Shown: positions 16,564 through 26,226 of the stretch, one piece after another | Numbering within the stretch: position 1 is the first letter of the stretch | Layout: each line of letters starts with the position of its first letter | DNA from: Candidatus Helarchaeota archaeon | GTDB lineage: Archaea > Asgardarchaeota > Lokiarchaeia > Helarchaeales > RDOG01 | Assembly: GCA_029838215.1 (NCBI GenBank) | Contig: JALGVI010000040.1 | Span: forward strand, 1-27,626 | Length of the DNA stretch: 27,626 nucleotides | Direction of reading: 5' to 3' | Position numbers and translations under genes: made by a program | Notes under the pieces: generated by a model | Told to the model about the DNA's origin: nothing | The model's input: the letters and a program-made list of their open reading frames with translations, nothing else | The model's database searches: none

Positions 16564-19236
16564 TCAATTTACACCATTACTTTTCGTCGATTTTTGTTGA
16601 ACTTGAGTTTCAGCCAATTTCAGCATGTCATCTAATGAGTATTTTTTCATTGAAACGCCCATTTTTTCCAGTCGCTTATATAATTTCCTACGATTATCAT
16701 CAATGTTTAACTCCATCACGAAAATGGCAAGGAATAGCAAGCCCATTGCAGTAAAAAATGGAAACCCATATATCACGAATATTAGAAGGAATAGGCCGAT
16801 GAATGGCGACATTCCTTCTGGTTGGAATAAGAAAAATTCGAGCACGCCTTGCCCCTCTTGAGCCGGGTTCACGAAGGAAATCTGGATGAGAAATGTCACG
16901 TAAGTTACAAGAGTTCCTACACCAACGAGTCCTTTCAACCAGTTCTGCGCCCAACCAGAGATGCTACTTATATCACTGGGCAGGTGTTGCTTGATTGGAA
17001 TTTCGTAATAGACCACGCCTGCATCCTCCAAGAGCCAAGTAGATGGAATGAAAAACGAAATAATAAATGGAGCAATAATCGTGGGGAATAACAGAAGCAT
17101 GAAAAAGTCGAAAAAGAAAAGATTGGATTGTGAACCCTCGAGTAAAGTGACTTGGTGTGGGGTACTAGTGTAGACAAAAAGCCCTGCAAAAATGGACATG
17201 AACATGGGTAGCAAGAGCCGTGACCAAACTTGAAAGAACCCTAATTCTTCCTTATCTTCGGTATTCATGATGATGATGTCGTGCTTGCGGGATTTTCGAT
17301 ACAATATCCTGTAATACAACTTGTTAAGCCTTGCGAGAAATGAAGCGAAGAAAGGTGCCGAATAGTTATATACGGCAGTGATGAGAGGAATCGACGTGAA
17401 CCAGAATATGAATAAAGCGAGGATGCTCATTACTAACATGGAATTCATTTCCCCTAAGAGCAAGGTCGTGTCAAAGAAACCGAGCATGTTTGCCATTAAA
17501 ATGACCACGATAATCATTAAAATAATAATTATCGTCGCCGCAATAATGAAGAAGGAAAACTTCTTGACATCTTTTTTAACATTTTTCTTTTCTATGGGCT
17601 TGAATCGTTTTTTTACAACGCCTAGAATGATGTAAATGAATGCCACGATGAGTAATGCAATACAAACGATCAACAGGATGAATGAAGGAATGCCTACCAA
17701 AGGCACGTTAAAGGCAAGACTGAGCGGGCTGGGTCCCAAGTCCGAGTAGGCGCGCACGTCGTCTCTACCATCCCCTAAAATTTTATTTGAAATTTGATAA
17801 ATGCTAGAGAATTGTAGACTTCCCCGAAGATTCCAATATGTTGTCGTGAAATCTTTTCCGTCAATGAGTGTTAGTGTTTTTGTGTCAATTGTATTCATTA
17901 AACTGGGTTCCATCCAATATATGCAAATTTCTGAGTATCCATCATTTGTAATATCTCTGCAAAATGTTGCCGATAGCGTGTCATTTGATTGGTCATCATC
18001 GATCCTAATCCACCTTTGGTATAATGTCGTGATTGATGAAAGAGAATAACTAAGAATATGGAGACCTCGCCACCTATTATGATATTCTGCAATTATCATT
18101 ATTCGATTTCCTAAGGGATCCTGCTCTACTTTCAAGGAATGCAGTTGAGCATCTTCAATATTGCTATCTGTAAAAAGCGTGTGATTAAGGATTGAAGAAT
18201 AATTCACGCCATCGAACATTGTAAAATAAGCCATAATGCTATATGGTTGCGGAGATAATCGTTCATAAATAACAAATCCAAATTCGCCCACCCCGTCACC
18301 CGTGACATCGTTTAACTGAATGGGCAATCCAAAAGTAACGTTTGAACCATAGCTTTTGGAAGCCAAGATTGACCCATTACGACCATCATAAATGCTGACG
18401 TTTCCTGATTGAGTAAAAACAAGTACGTTATTTATGTCAGAATGGTCTGGGCTTTGAATGGAGAGGATCTCGTTGTTTAACTCTATTGACGGGACCTGCC
18501 ATGCTAAAGACCCATTCCTGAAAAAAGCGGATAAATTAGAAGTGAAAGAGGCACCCATATCTATGGTCGAAGTATTATTCTTGTGGTAAATTCCGAGCAC
18601 GGGATTTACGTCCAAATTCTTCGAGGCAAGGGGAACGGCACTAACTATTTCCGTTAAAAGTAAAGAATCCGTCCCCGTTATTGTATCATTTAAAGTAAAT
18701 GGTCTTCCTGTTGCACCATCAAGAATGCTTGCATAAAAAGAAGTAAAGTTTACGTAATATTCTTTGTCATTGCCATTTTTCTGAATAAGTGTTGAAGCTA
18801 TATTTCCGTAAGCTGTGAGAAATTCAGGAAAACCATCTCCATTACAGTCGTATAACGGCTTCCCATAATAGGTTCGGTTATTTGGTGTGACTCTACTCCA
18901 AATGGGTATCCCTGTTAATGAATTAATGCACATGACCATTCCGCTAGACGTGAATTCCGATCTATCATCTGCATTTTTAAAATAATAATCATCTCTGACT
19001 ATGCTCAAGAAATATGAGCTATCTTGTAAGTAGAAACCCAACTCATGGAAATCTGTCCCCCATTGCCCTAAATCATAATACCATCCATCTACGATCTCCA
19101 TTTGCGTGAGTGTGATGATTCCGAGCGTGCCCCCTACAAAAATTGTCGCTAAAAAGAAAATTGCGCTTAAAGAAACCGGTTTTTTGGTAGCATTCTTTTC
19201 TTTCATCATCATCACGCAAAAAAATTCGTAAATCAT
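16564..19236 (-). CDS. Membrane protein: N-terminal anchor, FG-GAP-like beta-propeller ectodomain, C-terminal multipass domain
   Basis: Ca-binding-type loops DCNGDGFPE, DVTGDGVGE, DITNDGYSE, LGDGRDD; many sequons; about 7-8 C-terminal TM segments containing WLLEDAG. The true start may be a downstream ATG (MMMKEK). Confidence 0.68.
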   Translation of the reverse strand: MIYEFFCVMMMKEKNATKKPVSLSAIFFLATIFVGGTLGIITLTQMEIVDGWYYDLGQWGTDFHELGFYLQDSSYFLSIVRDDYYFKNADDRSEFTSSGMVMCINSLTGIPIWSRVTPNNRTYYGKPLYDCNGDGFPEFLTAYGNIASTLIQKNGNDKEYYVNFTSFYASILDGATGRPFTLNDTITGTDSLLLTEIVSAVPLASKNLDVNPVLGIYHKNNTSTIDMGASFTSNLSAFFRNGSLAWQVPSIELNNEILSIQSPDHSDINNVLVFTQSGNVSIYDGRNGSILASKSYGSNVTFGLPIQLNDVTGDGVGEFGFVIYERLSPQPYSIMAYFTMFDGVNYSSILNHTLFTDSNIEDAQLHSLKVEQDPLGNRIMIIAEYHNRWRGLHILSYSLSSITTLYQRWIRIDDDQSNDTLSATFCRDITNDGYSEICIYWMEPSLMNTIDTKTLTLIDGKDFTTTYWNLRGSLQFSSIYQISNKILGDGRDDVRAYSDLGPSPLSLAFNVPLVGIPSFILLIVCIALLIVAFIYIILGVVKKRFKPIEKKNVKKDVKKFSFFIIAATIIIILMIIVVILMANMLGFFDTTLLLGEMNSMLVMSILALFIFWFTSIPLITAVYNYSAPFFASFLARLNKLYYRILYRKSRKHDIIIMNTEDKEELGFFQVWSRLLLPMFMSIFAGLFVYTSTPHQVTLLEGSQSNLFFFDFFMLLLFPTIIAPFIISFFIPSTWLLEDAGVVYYEIPIKQHLPSDISSISGWAQNWLKGLVGVGTLVTYVTFLIQISFVNPAQEGQGVLEFFLFQPEGMSPFIGLFLLIFVIYGFPFFTAMGLLFLAIFVMELNIDDNRRKLYKRLEKMGVSMKKYSLDDMLKLAETQVQQKSTKSNGVN

Positions 19237-19312
19237 GGCACGTTTATTTTCAATTTAAATATATTTCAACAAAAATGAAGTTTTTTATATACCAATTTAT
19301 TAATTAAGAAAC

Positions 19313-20332
19313 ATGCAAACTGAAATTACAAATTCCTCGGAATTATTGAATGAAAAAGGCGAATTGGTTCAACGTGGCTGGGCTCGCAAGCCGCTCTTAA
19401 GATACAATCCCGAAAATCGCGGTGTTGGTTGGCATCGGTTAAAAGAGTGGGACTATTACGGCATTTGGAATCCACGATTTGGAATCTCGTTTTTTATAGC
19501 GGATCTTGGCTACATGACGCTCACCACCCTGTCTTTCCATGATTTTGTCGAAAAAAAGGCTTACAATACGGGAACGATCAAGCTTTTCACTCGCGGCAAG
19601 TTAGGTCTTTCTCGATCTTCACTTGAAGGTGATTTCACGTTCTCCAGTAGGGCAACGGGAAAAATACGGATATTTCGACATCCTGATAAGCAGATCATAT
19701 CATTCGATAGTCCAAAATTCAAGAAACTCCAAGGCGAAATCACGTTATCGATTGATCCTACAAAAGATTCAATGGTCGTTGCTACAGGATATCCCGAAAA
19801 CAGACCGCATCATTTCTATTATAATCATAAATTTAATTTACTTCCCGCAAGTGGAACGATCACTTTCAACGGCTCGGAGTACGAATTCACTCCTGATGAT
19901 GGGTTCGGTAATTTCGATTGGGGGAGGGGCGTGTGGCCGTATAAAACTCGCTGGCTTTGGGGAACCGCGGCGGGATACGTTGATGGACACGAAGTTTGGT
20001 TCAATATCGGGTATGGATTTGGAGATCTTTCTACACACACGGAAAACATGATATTCTTTGATGGTAAGTGCCATAAAATTGACCAAGTTACTTTCAAGTA
20101 TGATGAAAAAGATTGTGGTGAGCCCTGGGAGTTCACCAGTAATGATGGACGACTAGAACTCGTGATGGAACCCGTCCTACCTGAACCACACTCGGTGAGC
20201 CTCGGTTTCATGATGACGAAAACAAAAATGGCATATGGCATGTATTCGGGAACGTTGGTGCTCGATGATGGCACCGAGCTTAAAGTCAAGAATCTTCAGG
20301 GTCATGCCGAAGATTGTCGATTTCGTTGGTAA
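19313..20332 (+). CDS. DUF2804 family protein
   Basis: GWARKP, RLKEWDYY, IADLGY, YYNHKFN, FDWGRGVWPY, WLWG, NIGYGFGD, TENMIFFDGKCHK. Confidence 0.8.
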   Translation: MQTEITNSSELLNEKGELVQRGWARKPLLRYNPENRGVGWHRLKEWDYYGIWNPRFGISFFIADLGYMTLTTLSFHDFVEKKAYNTGTIKLFTRGKLGLSRSSLEGDFTFSSRATGKIRIFRHPDKQIISFDSPKFKKLQGEITLSIDPTKDSMVVATGYPENRPHHFYYNHKFNLLPASGTITFNGSEYEFTPDDGFGNFDWGRGVWPYKTRWLWGTAAGYVDGHEVWFNIGYGFGDLSTHTENMIFFDGKCHKIDQVTFKYDEKDCGEPWEFTSNDGRLELVMEPVLPEPHSVSLGFMMTKTKMAYGMYSGTLVLDDGTELKVKNLQGHAEDCRFRW

Positions 20333-20350
20333 TTGCAAGACATCCTGCGT

Positions 20351-20962
20351 TTATGTGAACTTGACACCCGACAATTGCCGGGGTTTGACAAGTTTTTTTC
20401 TAACCGCCGCAATGAAATCATCCAAAACATTTATTTCATTTTTTGTAATGGTCAAGGCATTCCCTAACTGTCCTTCCTGATGAGCATCCGAACCGCCTAA
20501 TTTTGACAAGTTCAAGATCTCTGCGTTTTTTCTTGCAAGTTCATTCTCTCGAGCTGTATTCAAACCGTTCATCGTTTCGATCCCATCAAAATGCACGTCG
20601 AAAATCCCTTCCTTGATGCTACACGGCGAGCTTTGTAATCCTTCTCGCTCGAAATTACGAAATGGATGTGCCGCAATGGCGATTCCTCCTTGTTCGTGGA
20701 TTTTTTCCATTACTTCTTGGGTGGAAAGTGGCGGAATTTCCTCGCTCACGCCATATGCTAAAACGTGACCATCCTTAGAACTAATTTCCACTCCGACAAA
20801 GATCTTCACGTTTCCGTGTATCTCGATCGGTACCTTGGAAATTCTATCGTGGTCCGTGATGATGATTACATCAAGCTCTTTGATATCTGCCTCTCGAATT
20901 AATTGTTTGAAAGTCCACTTGGCACAAGGAGAATAAACGTGAACGTGCGGATCGACGAGCAT
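20351..20962 (-). CDS. PHP domain metal-dependent phosphoesterase
   Basis: DPHVH, TDHD, GVE, GHVL, AHP, ETMNG, GGSDAH motifs. ATG 20962, just before the HxH, is preferred over TTG 21001. Confidence 0.85.
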   Translation of the reverse strand: MLVDPHVHVYSPCAKWTFKQLIREADIKELDVIIITDHDRISKVPIEIHGNVKIFVGVEISSKDGHVLAYGVSEEIPPLSTQEVMEKIHEQGGIAIAAHPFRNFEREGLQSSPCSIKEGIFDVHFDGIETMNGLNTARENELARKNAEILNLSKLGGSDAHQEGQLGNALTITKNEINVLDDFIAAVRKKLVKPRQLSGVKFT

Positions 20963-21061
20963 TACATTAATCTTTTCAAGCCGATTAAAAACATTAATCA
21001 ATAAAAAAAACTCATGAAAATCATTAAATAAAGACCGAAGTTTTTAGGTCGAGTGCAACCA

Positions 21062-21553
21062 ATGAAAATCAAAGGAAAAGTTTGGAAATTTGGAGACAAC
21101 ATTGATACTGATATCATCATACCCGGAAGATATCTAGTCTTGAGAGATCCTGATGAAATGGCTTCGCACGCTTTTGAACCCATTGATGAGACATTTGCAA
21201 AAAATGTTCAGAAAGGAGACATCATTGTAGCAGGTAAGAATTTTGGTTCGGGTTCATCTCGGGAAGAGGCTCCTTTTGTTCTTAAGCAATTGGGCATTGC
21301 AGCCGTCGTCGCCGAGTCCTTTGCACGGATTTTCTTCCGAAATGCGATCAATTTGGGGCTTCCTCTCGTGGAAGTCAAGGACGTTTCCACTAATGTTAAA
21401 AAAGGCGATACCATCGAAATTGATGTTCTTGAAGGTATTATAACGCTAAATGGAAAAATCTTTCACGGGACGAAGCTTCCTGATTTCCTGTTGGAGTTAA
21501 TCACTGAAGGTGGGGCACTGAAAGCCGTTCGAAAGCGACTGGGGGTATCATGA
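21062..21553 (+). CDS. leuD: 3-isopropylmalate dehydratase small subunit (LeuD/HacB family)
   Basis: GKVWKFGDNIDTDIIIPGRYL, AGKNFGSGSSREEA, AESFARIFFRNAINLG. Confidence 0.92.
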   Translation: MKIKGKVWKFGDNIDTDIIIPGRYLVLRDPDEMASHAFEPIDETFAKNVQKGDIIVAGKNFGSGSSREEAPFVLKQLGIAAVVAESFARIFFRNAINLGLPLVEVKDVSTNVKKGDTIEIDVLEGIITLNGKIFHGTKLPDFLLELITEGGALKAVRKRLGVS

Positions 21554-22803
21554 TGCCGACGATGTGTGAAAAGATTTTTGCAACCCACGTTGAAGAAGAA
21601 CGCGTGGAAGCCGGCATGATCGTCAATGCTGAAGTCGATGCCATCATGGTGCATGAAATGTTGGGCATGCGGGTGATTGGTGCATTTAATCAGATTGGCG
21701 TGGACAAGATCCAACATCCTGAAAGGATCTTGGCTTTATTCGATCATTGGATTCCTGCAAATTCCATCGATGTCGCAATCGTTCAGAAGGAATCCCGGGA
21801 ATTCATCAAAAAACACGGAATTTCTAATTTTTATGACATGCGAGAAGGCATTTGTCATCAAGTCATGCCCGAAAAGGGTTTTGTCTGGCCCGGTGCCTTG
21901 ATTGTTGGCACGGATAGTCATACTTGCACGTATGGTGCATTTGGTGCATTTTCGACAGGGATCGGTGCGACTGATTGTGCAGTGCTCCTTGCTGAAGGTA
22001 AGTTATGGTTCAAGATTCCCGAAACCATTAAATTCGATTTACAAGGTAAGGTTCCTCCGTTAATCTGTGGGAAGGACATAATGCTTCGACTCATCTCCGA
22101 GATTGGTGTTGATGGAGCTACTTACAAAGCCGTGGAGTTCAAAGGCGAGGTTGCTTCCCAACTGAGCATTGATGACCGCATGACAATCTGCAACATGGCA
22201 ATTGAAATGGGTGGAAAGGCAGGAATGTTTGAACCCGATGACAAGACAATGGAATGGTTGAAAGGAAGGGTACAGCATCCATATACGCCCGTTAAATCCG
22301 ACCCCGATGCCAATTATGAACAAGTCATTTCCATTGACATATCCGACCTTGAACCTCAGGTGGCAAAACCCCACAGCCCTCAGAATGCAGTTCCTGCTTC
22401 TGAATTATCTGACGTGAAAGTAGACCAGTGTTTTATTGGTTCTTGCACCAATGGAAGATTGAGCGATCTTGAAATTGCCGCGAAAATACTTAAAGGAAAG
22501 ACAATCCATCCCGACGTGCGCCTTATCATATGTCCCGCATCCAAGGAGACGTATTTAGAAGCATTGAAATTGGGTATCATTCAAACGCTAATCAAAGCAG
22601 GAGCCGTTGTAACGCACTCAACATGCGGTCCGTGCTTGGGAATATTCGGAATGCTGGCTCCCGGCGAGGTCAGTCTATCTGCTTCAAACCGAAACTTCAT
22701 AGGTCGCCAAGGAAGTCGTGATGCATTCATATATTTGGCTTCACCTGCTACTGTCGCAGCCAGTGCCATCGTGGGACACATTCAAGACCCTCGAAAAACT
22801 TAA
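21550..22803 (+). CDS. leuC: 3-isopropylmalate dehydratase large subunit (LeuC/HacA family)
   Basis: DSHTCTYGAFGAF, GSCTNGR and CGPCLG Fe-S ligands, NRNFIGRQG, SPATVAASA. Its start overlaps the small-subunit stop. Confidence 0.93.
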   Translation: MMPTMCEKIFATHVEEERVEAGMIVNAEVDAIMVHEMLGMRVIGAFNQIGVDKIQHPERILALFDHWIPANSIDVAIVQKESREFIKKHGISNFYDMREGICHQVMPEKGFVWPGALIVGTDSHTCTYGAFGAFSTGIGATDCAVLLAEGKLWFKIPETIKFDLQGKVPPLICGKDIMLRLISEIGVDGATYKAVEFKGEVASQLSIDDRMTICNMAIEMGGKAGMFEPDDKTMEWLKGRVQHPYTPVKSDPDANYEQVISIDISDLEPQVAKPHSPQNAVPASELSDVKVDQCFIGSCTNGRLSDLEIAAKILKGKTIHPDVRLIICPASKETYLEALKLGIIQTLIKAGAVVTHSTCGPCLGIFGMLAPGEVSLSASNRNFIGRQGSRDAFIYLASPATVAASAIVGHIQDPRKT

Positions 22804-22858
22804 TTCCTTATTTATTTTGAGTCGTGATGAAATCTGTTGTTGATAATTCTCCGGGTCA

Positions 22859-22975
22859 ATGCGTGCAAGTTACGTGCCTGAAGAAGCCTTGGAGTTCGTG
22901 CAGCAGGCTGGTTTCAAAGACGCAAAAATAATACCTGCATTTGCTTGGATGTTCGTGCAGGGCACGAAGTCTTGA
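22859..22975 (+). pseudogene. Remnant of the C-terminus of a class I SAM-dependent methyltransferase
   Basis: Reads (S)MRASYVPEEALEFVQQAGFKDAKII...FVQGTKS*. An in-frame stop at 22844-22846 truncates it upstream. Confidence 0.5.
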
Positions 22976-22998
22976 TCATGATAAAAAGAAAAAAGGAT

Positions 22999-24216
22999 TT
23001 ATTTTTTGGCGGCTTTTCGCAGGGCAGCAATGACGGGGAGTTCCTTCCCAGTCATGTATTCTAACATTGCACCGCCACCCGTGGAGATAAAGTCGATATT
23101 TATTCCCATGTCCTTGGCTAAACCTCCCATTTCTCCGCCACCAACGACGGAATATGCCTTGCTTTCAGCCATGGCTTTTAGAAGGGATCTTGAACCAATA
23201 TCAAAGGGTGGGACTTCAAACACGCCCGGCGGACCATTTGAAACGACGATAGCAGCTCCCTTAATGACAGGAATGTACTTGTCGATTGTTTTTTGGCCGA
23301 TATCATTGGATGGATCATTCGGATTCGCAACCAGTTCCGATGCCATGACTTCCTTACGCTGTCCACCGACATTTAAAGCCAAATCATCGGGAAGTAGTAT
23401 TTTATCACTGAATTTATCCATTATTTCCTTTGCAGTTGGCACGTAATCATCGAAACCTTTAATGGGTTTCTTGTTAATTGCGCCGATATCAATTCCTGCA
23501 CCTGCCAGCATGATATTTTGGAGGAGACCGCAAACCAGAATGTTATCCGCCTTTTTATTTTCCAGTAGATTCTTCAAGACCTTGAACTTGGTTTCGACCT
23601 TCGCTCCACCAATGACAAACACGACGGGGCGCTCCTTGGCGTTGAGTATCTTGTCCTCCATCAAAGTGATTTCCTTTTCAAGGATCTTGCCCATGCAAGA
23701 AGGTAGGACCTCCGGAAAACCGACAAGTGAAGGTGATGATCGATGTGCTGCTCCGTAGGCATCTCCAACATAAATGTCAAAGAGTGGTGCCAATTTTTCA
23801 ACAAAGTGGCTTTTTGCAGCCTTTTCAGGGTCTTTCAGTTTCACTTCTTCTGCATAGAAACGCACGTTTTCTAAAACGAGTCTCTCGCCCGATTTCAGAT
23901 TTTTGATGGCATCGACGGCTTTCTCACCATATAAGTCATCGATGAATTTCGTGTTGCCATATTTTTGGTTAATGGCTTCAGCATGTGGTTTGAGAGAAGT
24001 GTAATCCTTCTTACCAGGGCGACCCTGATGCGCAATGATCACGACCGCAGCTTCTTTTAATGCATTTAACGTATCTCCGAGCTCATCAATTCGTAATAGA
24101 TTCATCAACTTGTTATCCTTACGATCGATGGTTGAGTTTATGTCAACTCTGACGAGAACTTTTTTCCCTTTCACGTCAAAATCTTCAATGGTTTTAATGC
24201 CGTATTTCATCTTCAT
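22999..24216 (-). CDS. pgk: Phosphoglycerate kinase, archaeal type
   Basis: VLVRVDIN, AHQGRPG, LENVRF, DAYGAAHR, GGAKV, NGPPGVFE, GGGE, ISTGGGAMLEY. Confidence 0.96.
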   Translation of the reverse strand: MKMKYGIKTIEDFDVKGKKVLVRVDINSTIDRKDNKLMNLLRIDELGDTLNALKEAAVVIIAHQGRPGKKDYTSLKPHAEAINQKYGNTKFIDDLYGEKAVDAIKNLKSGERLVLENVRFYAEEVKLKDPEKAAKSHFVEKLAPLFDIYVGDAYGAAHRSSPSLVGFPEVLPSCMGKILEKEITLMEDKILNAKERPVVFVIGGAKVETKFKVLKNLLENKKADNILVCGLLQNIMLAGAGIDIGAINKKPIKGFDDYVPTAKEIMDKFSDKILLPDDLALNVGGQRKEVMASELVANPNDPSNDIGQKTIDKYIPVIKGAAIVVSNGPPGVFEVPPFDIGSRSLLKAMAESKAYSVVGGGEMGGLAKDMGINIDFISTGGGAMLEYMTGKELPVIAALRKAAKK

Positions 24217-24321
24217 TCCTCTATAGATGTCTTTTTTTTATTCGAGATTGTAAAAATTGAAAATTAAATGCTTGTAAAAAAATAAGTAAAAAAGAATTTT
24301 AAGATTTTACCACTTTGGGAA

Positions 24322-25092
24322 TTATCTTTCTTCGATGACTTCGCTTTTATAGAGTTCCATTCCGCGTTCGTCAATGACTTTTAAGGAATAATCACGGAGG
24401 AATTTAGTTTTTGCTGCCTGACCCATCAATTGAAAAATGATTTCCACGAAAGGACTTGAGAATTCGTCTTCTTCGTTCCAGAAGATACGGCTTCGCTCAA
24501 GCGAAATGGCTTCATCGGGCACGGGACACACCCGCTTGCATGCATAACAAAAAATGCAATTATCAAGATCGAGCTTGACTTTTCGATCTTTTTTAAGTGA
24601 AGTAAATTCTATGACACCCATCGGACATGCTTTCACGCAAAGGTCGCAATCTTCAGGACACTTATCAACTTTAATTCTTAAACTACCGTTTAGTACCTTT
24701 TTTATGGGTTTTCCATCGGTAGATTTTTTCATGATTGGTTTCAATTCGGGAAGTGATAAATTTTCACGAAGTAATAATTTTGGTTCATCATCTATCTTTA
24801 ATTGAAATGCTCCTGAAGAACACATGTAGCTGCAAATCCCGCAAAGAATACATTTGTCAAGATCGACTCCAACAGGACCGGGTCCAAAGTTAGGATCTCC
24901 TTCTGGAATTGCAACAATGGCTTCTTTAGGGCACGTATTCAAGCACAAGTGGCAATTTATACACTTTTCAGGATCATAATACAACTCGGTTTTCGTGATT
25001 AAAAAGCGTCTCACGAATTTAACCTGATTAGTCCCTTCTACGGGTTTCATTGCGACCTCGGGCACGGGCATTCTCTCAGCTCCAAAAAACAT
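24322..25092 (-). CDS. Polyferredoxin (4 x 4Fe-4S), FwdF/FmdF-like
   Basis: CINCHLCLNTCP, CILCGICSYMC, CPEDCDLCVKACP, CIFCYACKRVCP, with an FwdF-like RRFL..ELYYDPEKC N-terminus. Confidence 0.75.
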   Translation of the reverse strand: MFFGAERMPVPEVAMKPVEGTNQVKFVRRFLITKTELYYDPEKCINCHLCLNTCPKEAIVAIPEGDPNFGPGPVGVDLDKCILCGICSYMCSSGAFQLKIDDEPKLLLRENLSLPELKPIMKKSTDGKPIKKVLNGSLRIKVDKCPEDCDLCVKACPMGVIEFTSLKKDRKVKLDLDNCIFCYACKRVCPVPDEAISLERSRIFWNEEDEFSSPFVEIIFQLMGQAAKTKFLRDYSLKVIDERGMELYKSEVIEER

Positions 25093-25287
25093 GCTTCATG
25101 TTTTTCCACTCAGTCTTTTACAAGATTCTCTTGCTACGTCTGAATTTCAATAATAGAATTTGAAATCTCAATATAAAATTTTTCGACCATTCGGCTTAAA
25201 GTTTAAATCGAACCTGATAAAATTAAATTCAGGAATGAAATTTTGGAATGATGATCGAATATTAGATGAGATGCGTGGGAAAAACAA

Positions 25288-26217
25288 TTGGACGAAAAAA
25301 AAGTCAAGATCTTGTTTGTTGGATTGGATAAAGCGGGCAAAACGTCTTTTCTACTTTCCTTAGAGAATAAATATTCTCAATTATATTCACTAAAGCCCAC
25401 AAAAGGATATGAACGAAGATCATTCGAGACCCTTGGTTTTGATATTAGCTTGTTTGATTTTGGTGGACAGGAACGATATCGTGAAGAATTTCTTAATAAC
25501 GAACGAAATTATCACGGCGTCGATCTTCTCTTCTATATTTTCGACGTGCAAGATCGGCATCGCTTTGCTGAAAACGCAGAATTCTTTGAAAAAATAATGA
25601 AAATCTTGCAAGAAAAAAACGAAAACCCTGAAATCCTTGTTTGTTTTCATAAAAGCGATCCCGATCTTCTCCAAGACCAGGACTCGTTCATCTATCAAAA
25701 CTTGCAAATTGCTGAAAAACTCGTAAAAAAACACTTTACGGGAAAGCCCACGAAGTTCTTTCGCACTTCGATATTTGATTATTCAAGCCTGGTTCGGGCG
25801 TTTTCCGCAGGTCTGGTAAAAATTATCAAGAATTCGACCGCAATAATGGAAACCATTTTCCGCGATTTTATCGAAAAAACAAATTCAAATGGGGTTTCCC
25901 TCCTAGATCAAGATGCATTGACAATCTATGGAGCGAGCGATCAAGACCCTACGACCAGCGACATTATTGAGACGATCGGTCCTAACATCGTCCAGACAAC
26001 TGAAAAATTAATCACTTACCAAATAGAGAAGCCAAACACGATCGTTATCAGGATGAAAGGACGTTGCTTCATTGATGTCATAGAATTAGATAACAAGAAG
26101 AGATTTTATTTAATAATATACTCGCGAAACACCGAAAATTACCAAAAGATTAATGAATTATTACCAAACTTTACTCTTACTATTAAAAACACGCTAAAAA
26201 ACCTAATGAGTTCGTGA
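25288..26217 (+). CDS. Small GTPase (Arf/Rag-like) with C-terminal roadblock/longin-like domain
   Basis: G1 GLDKAGKT, G2 PTKG, G3 DFGGQ, G4 HKSD, G5 TSI, followed by a ~125-aa alpha/beta domain. Confidence 0.85.
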   Translation: MDEKKVKILFVGLDKAGKTSFLLSLENKYSQLYSLKPTKGYERRSFETLGFDISLFDFGGQERYREEFLNNERNYHGVDLLFYIFDVQDRHRFAENAEFFEKIMKILQEKNENPEILVCFHKSDPDLLQDQDSFIYQNLQIAEKLVKKHFTGKPTKFFRTSIFDYSSLVRAFSAGLVKIIKNSTAIMETIFRDFIEKTNSNGVSLLDQDALTIYGASDQDPTTSDIIETIGPNIVQTTEKLITYQIEKPNTIVIRMKGRCFIDVIELDNKKRFYLIIYSRNTENYQKINELLPNFTLTIKNTLKNLMSS

Positions 26218-26226
26218 AATATCGTT

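Noticed and set aside
16669-16680. YKRL (YxxPhi-like sorting motif) in the tail of the FG-GAP membrane protein next to the MHD-like gene
   Set aside because: A 4-residue motif arises easily by chance, and the MHD-like protein has Arg where mu2 has the Tyr-binding Asp.
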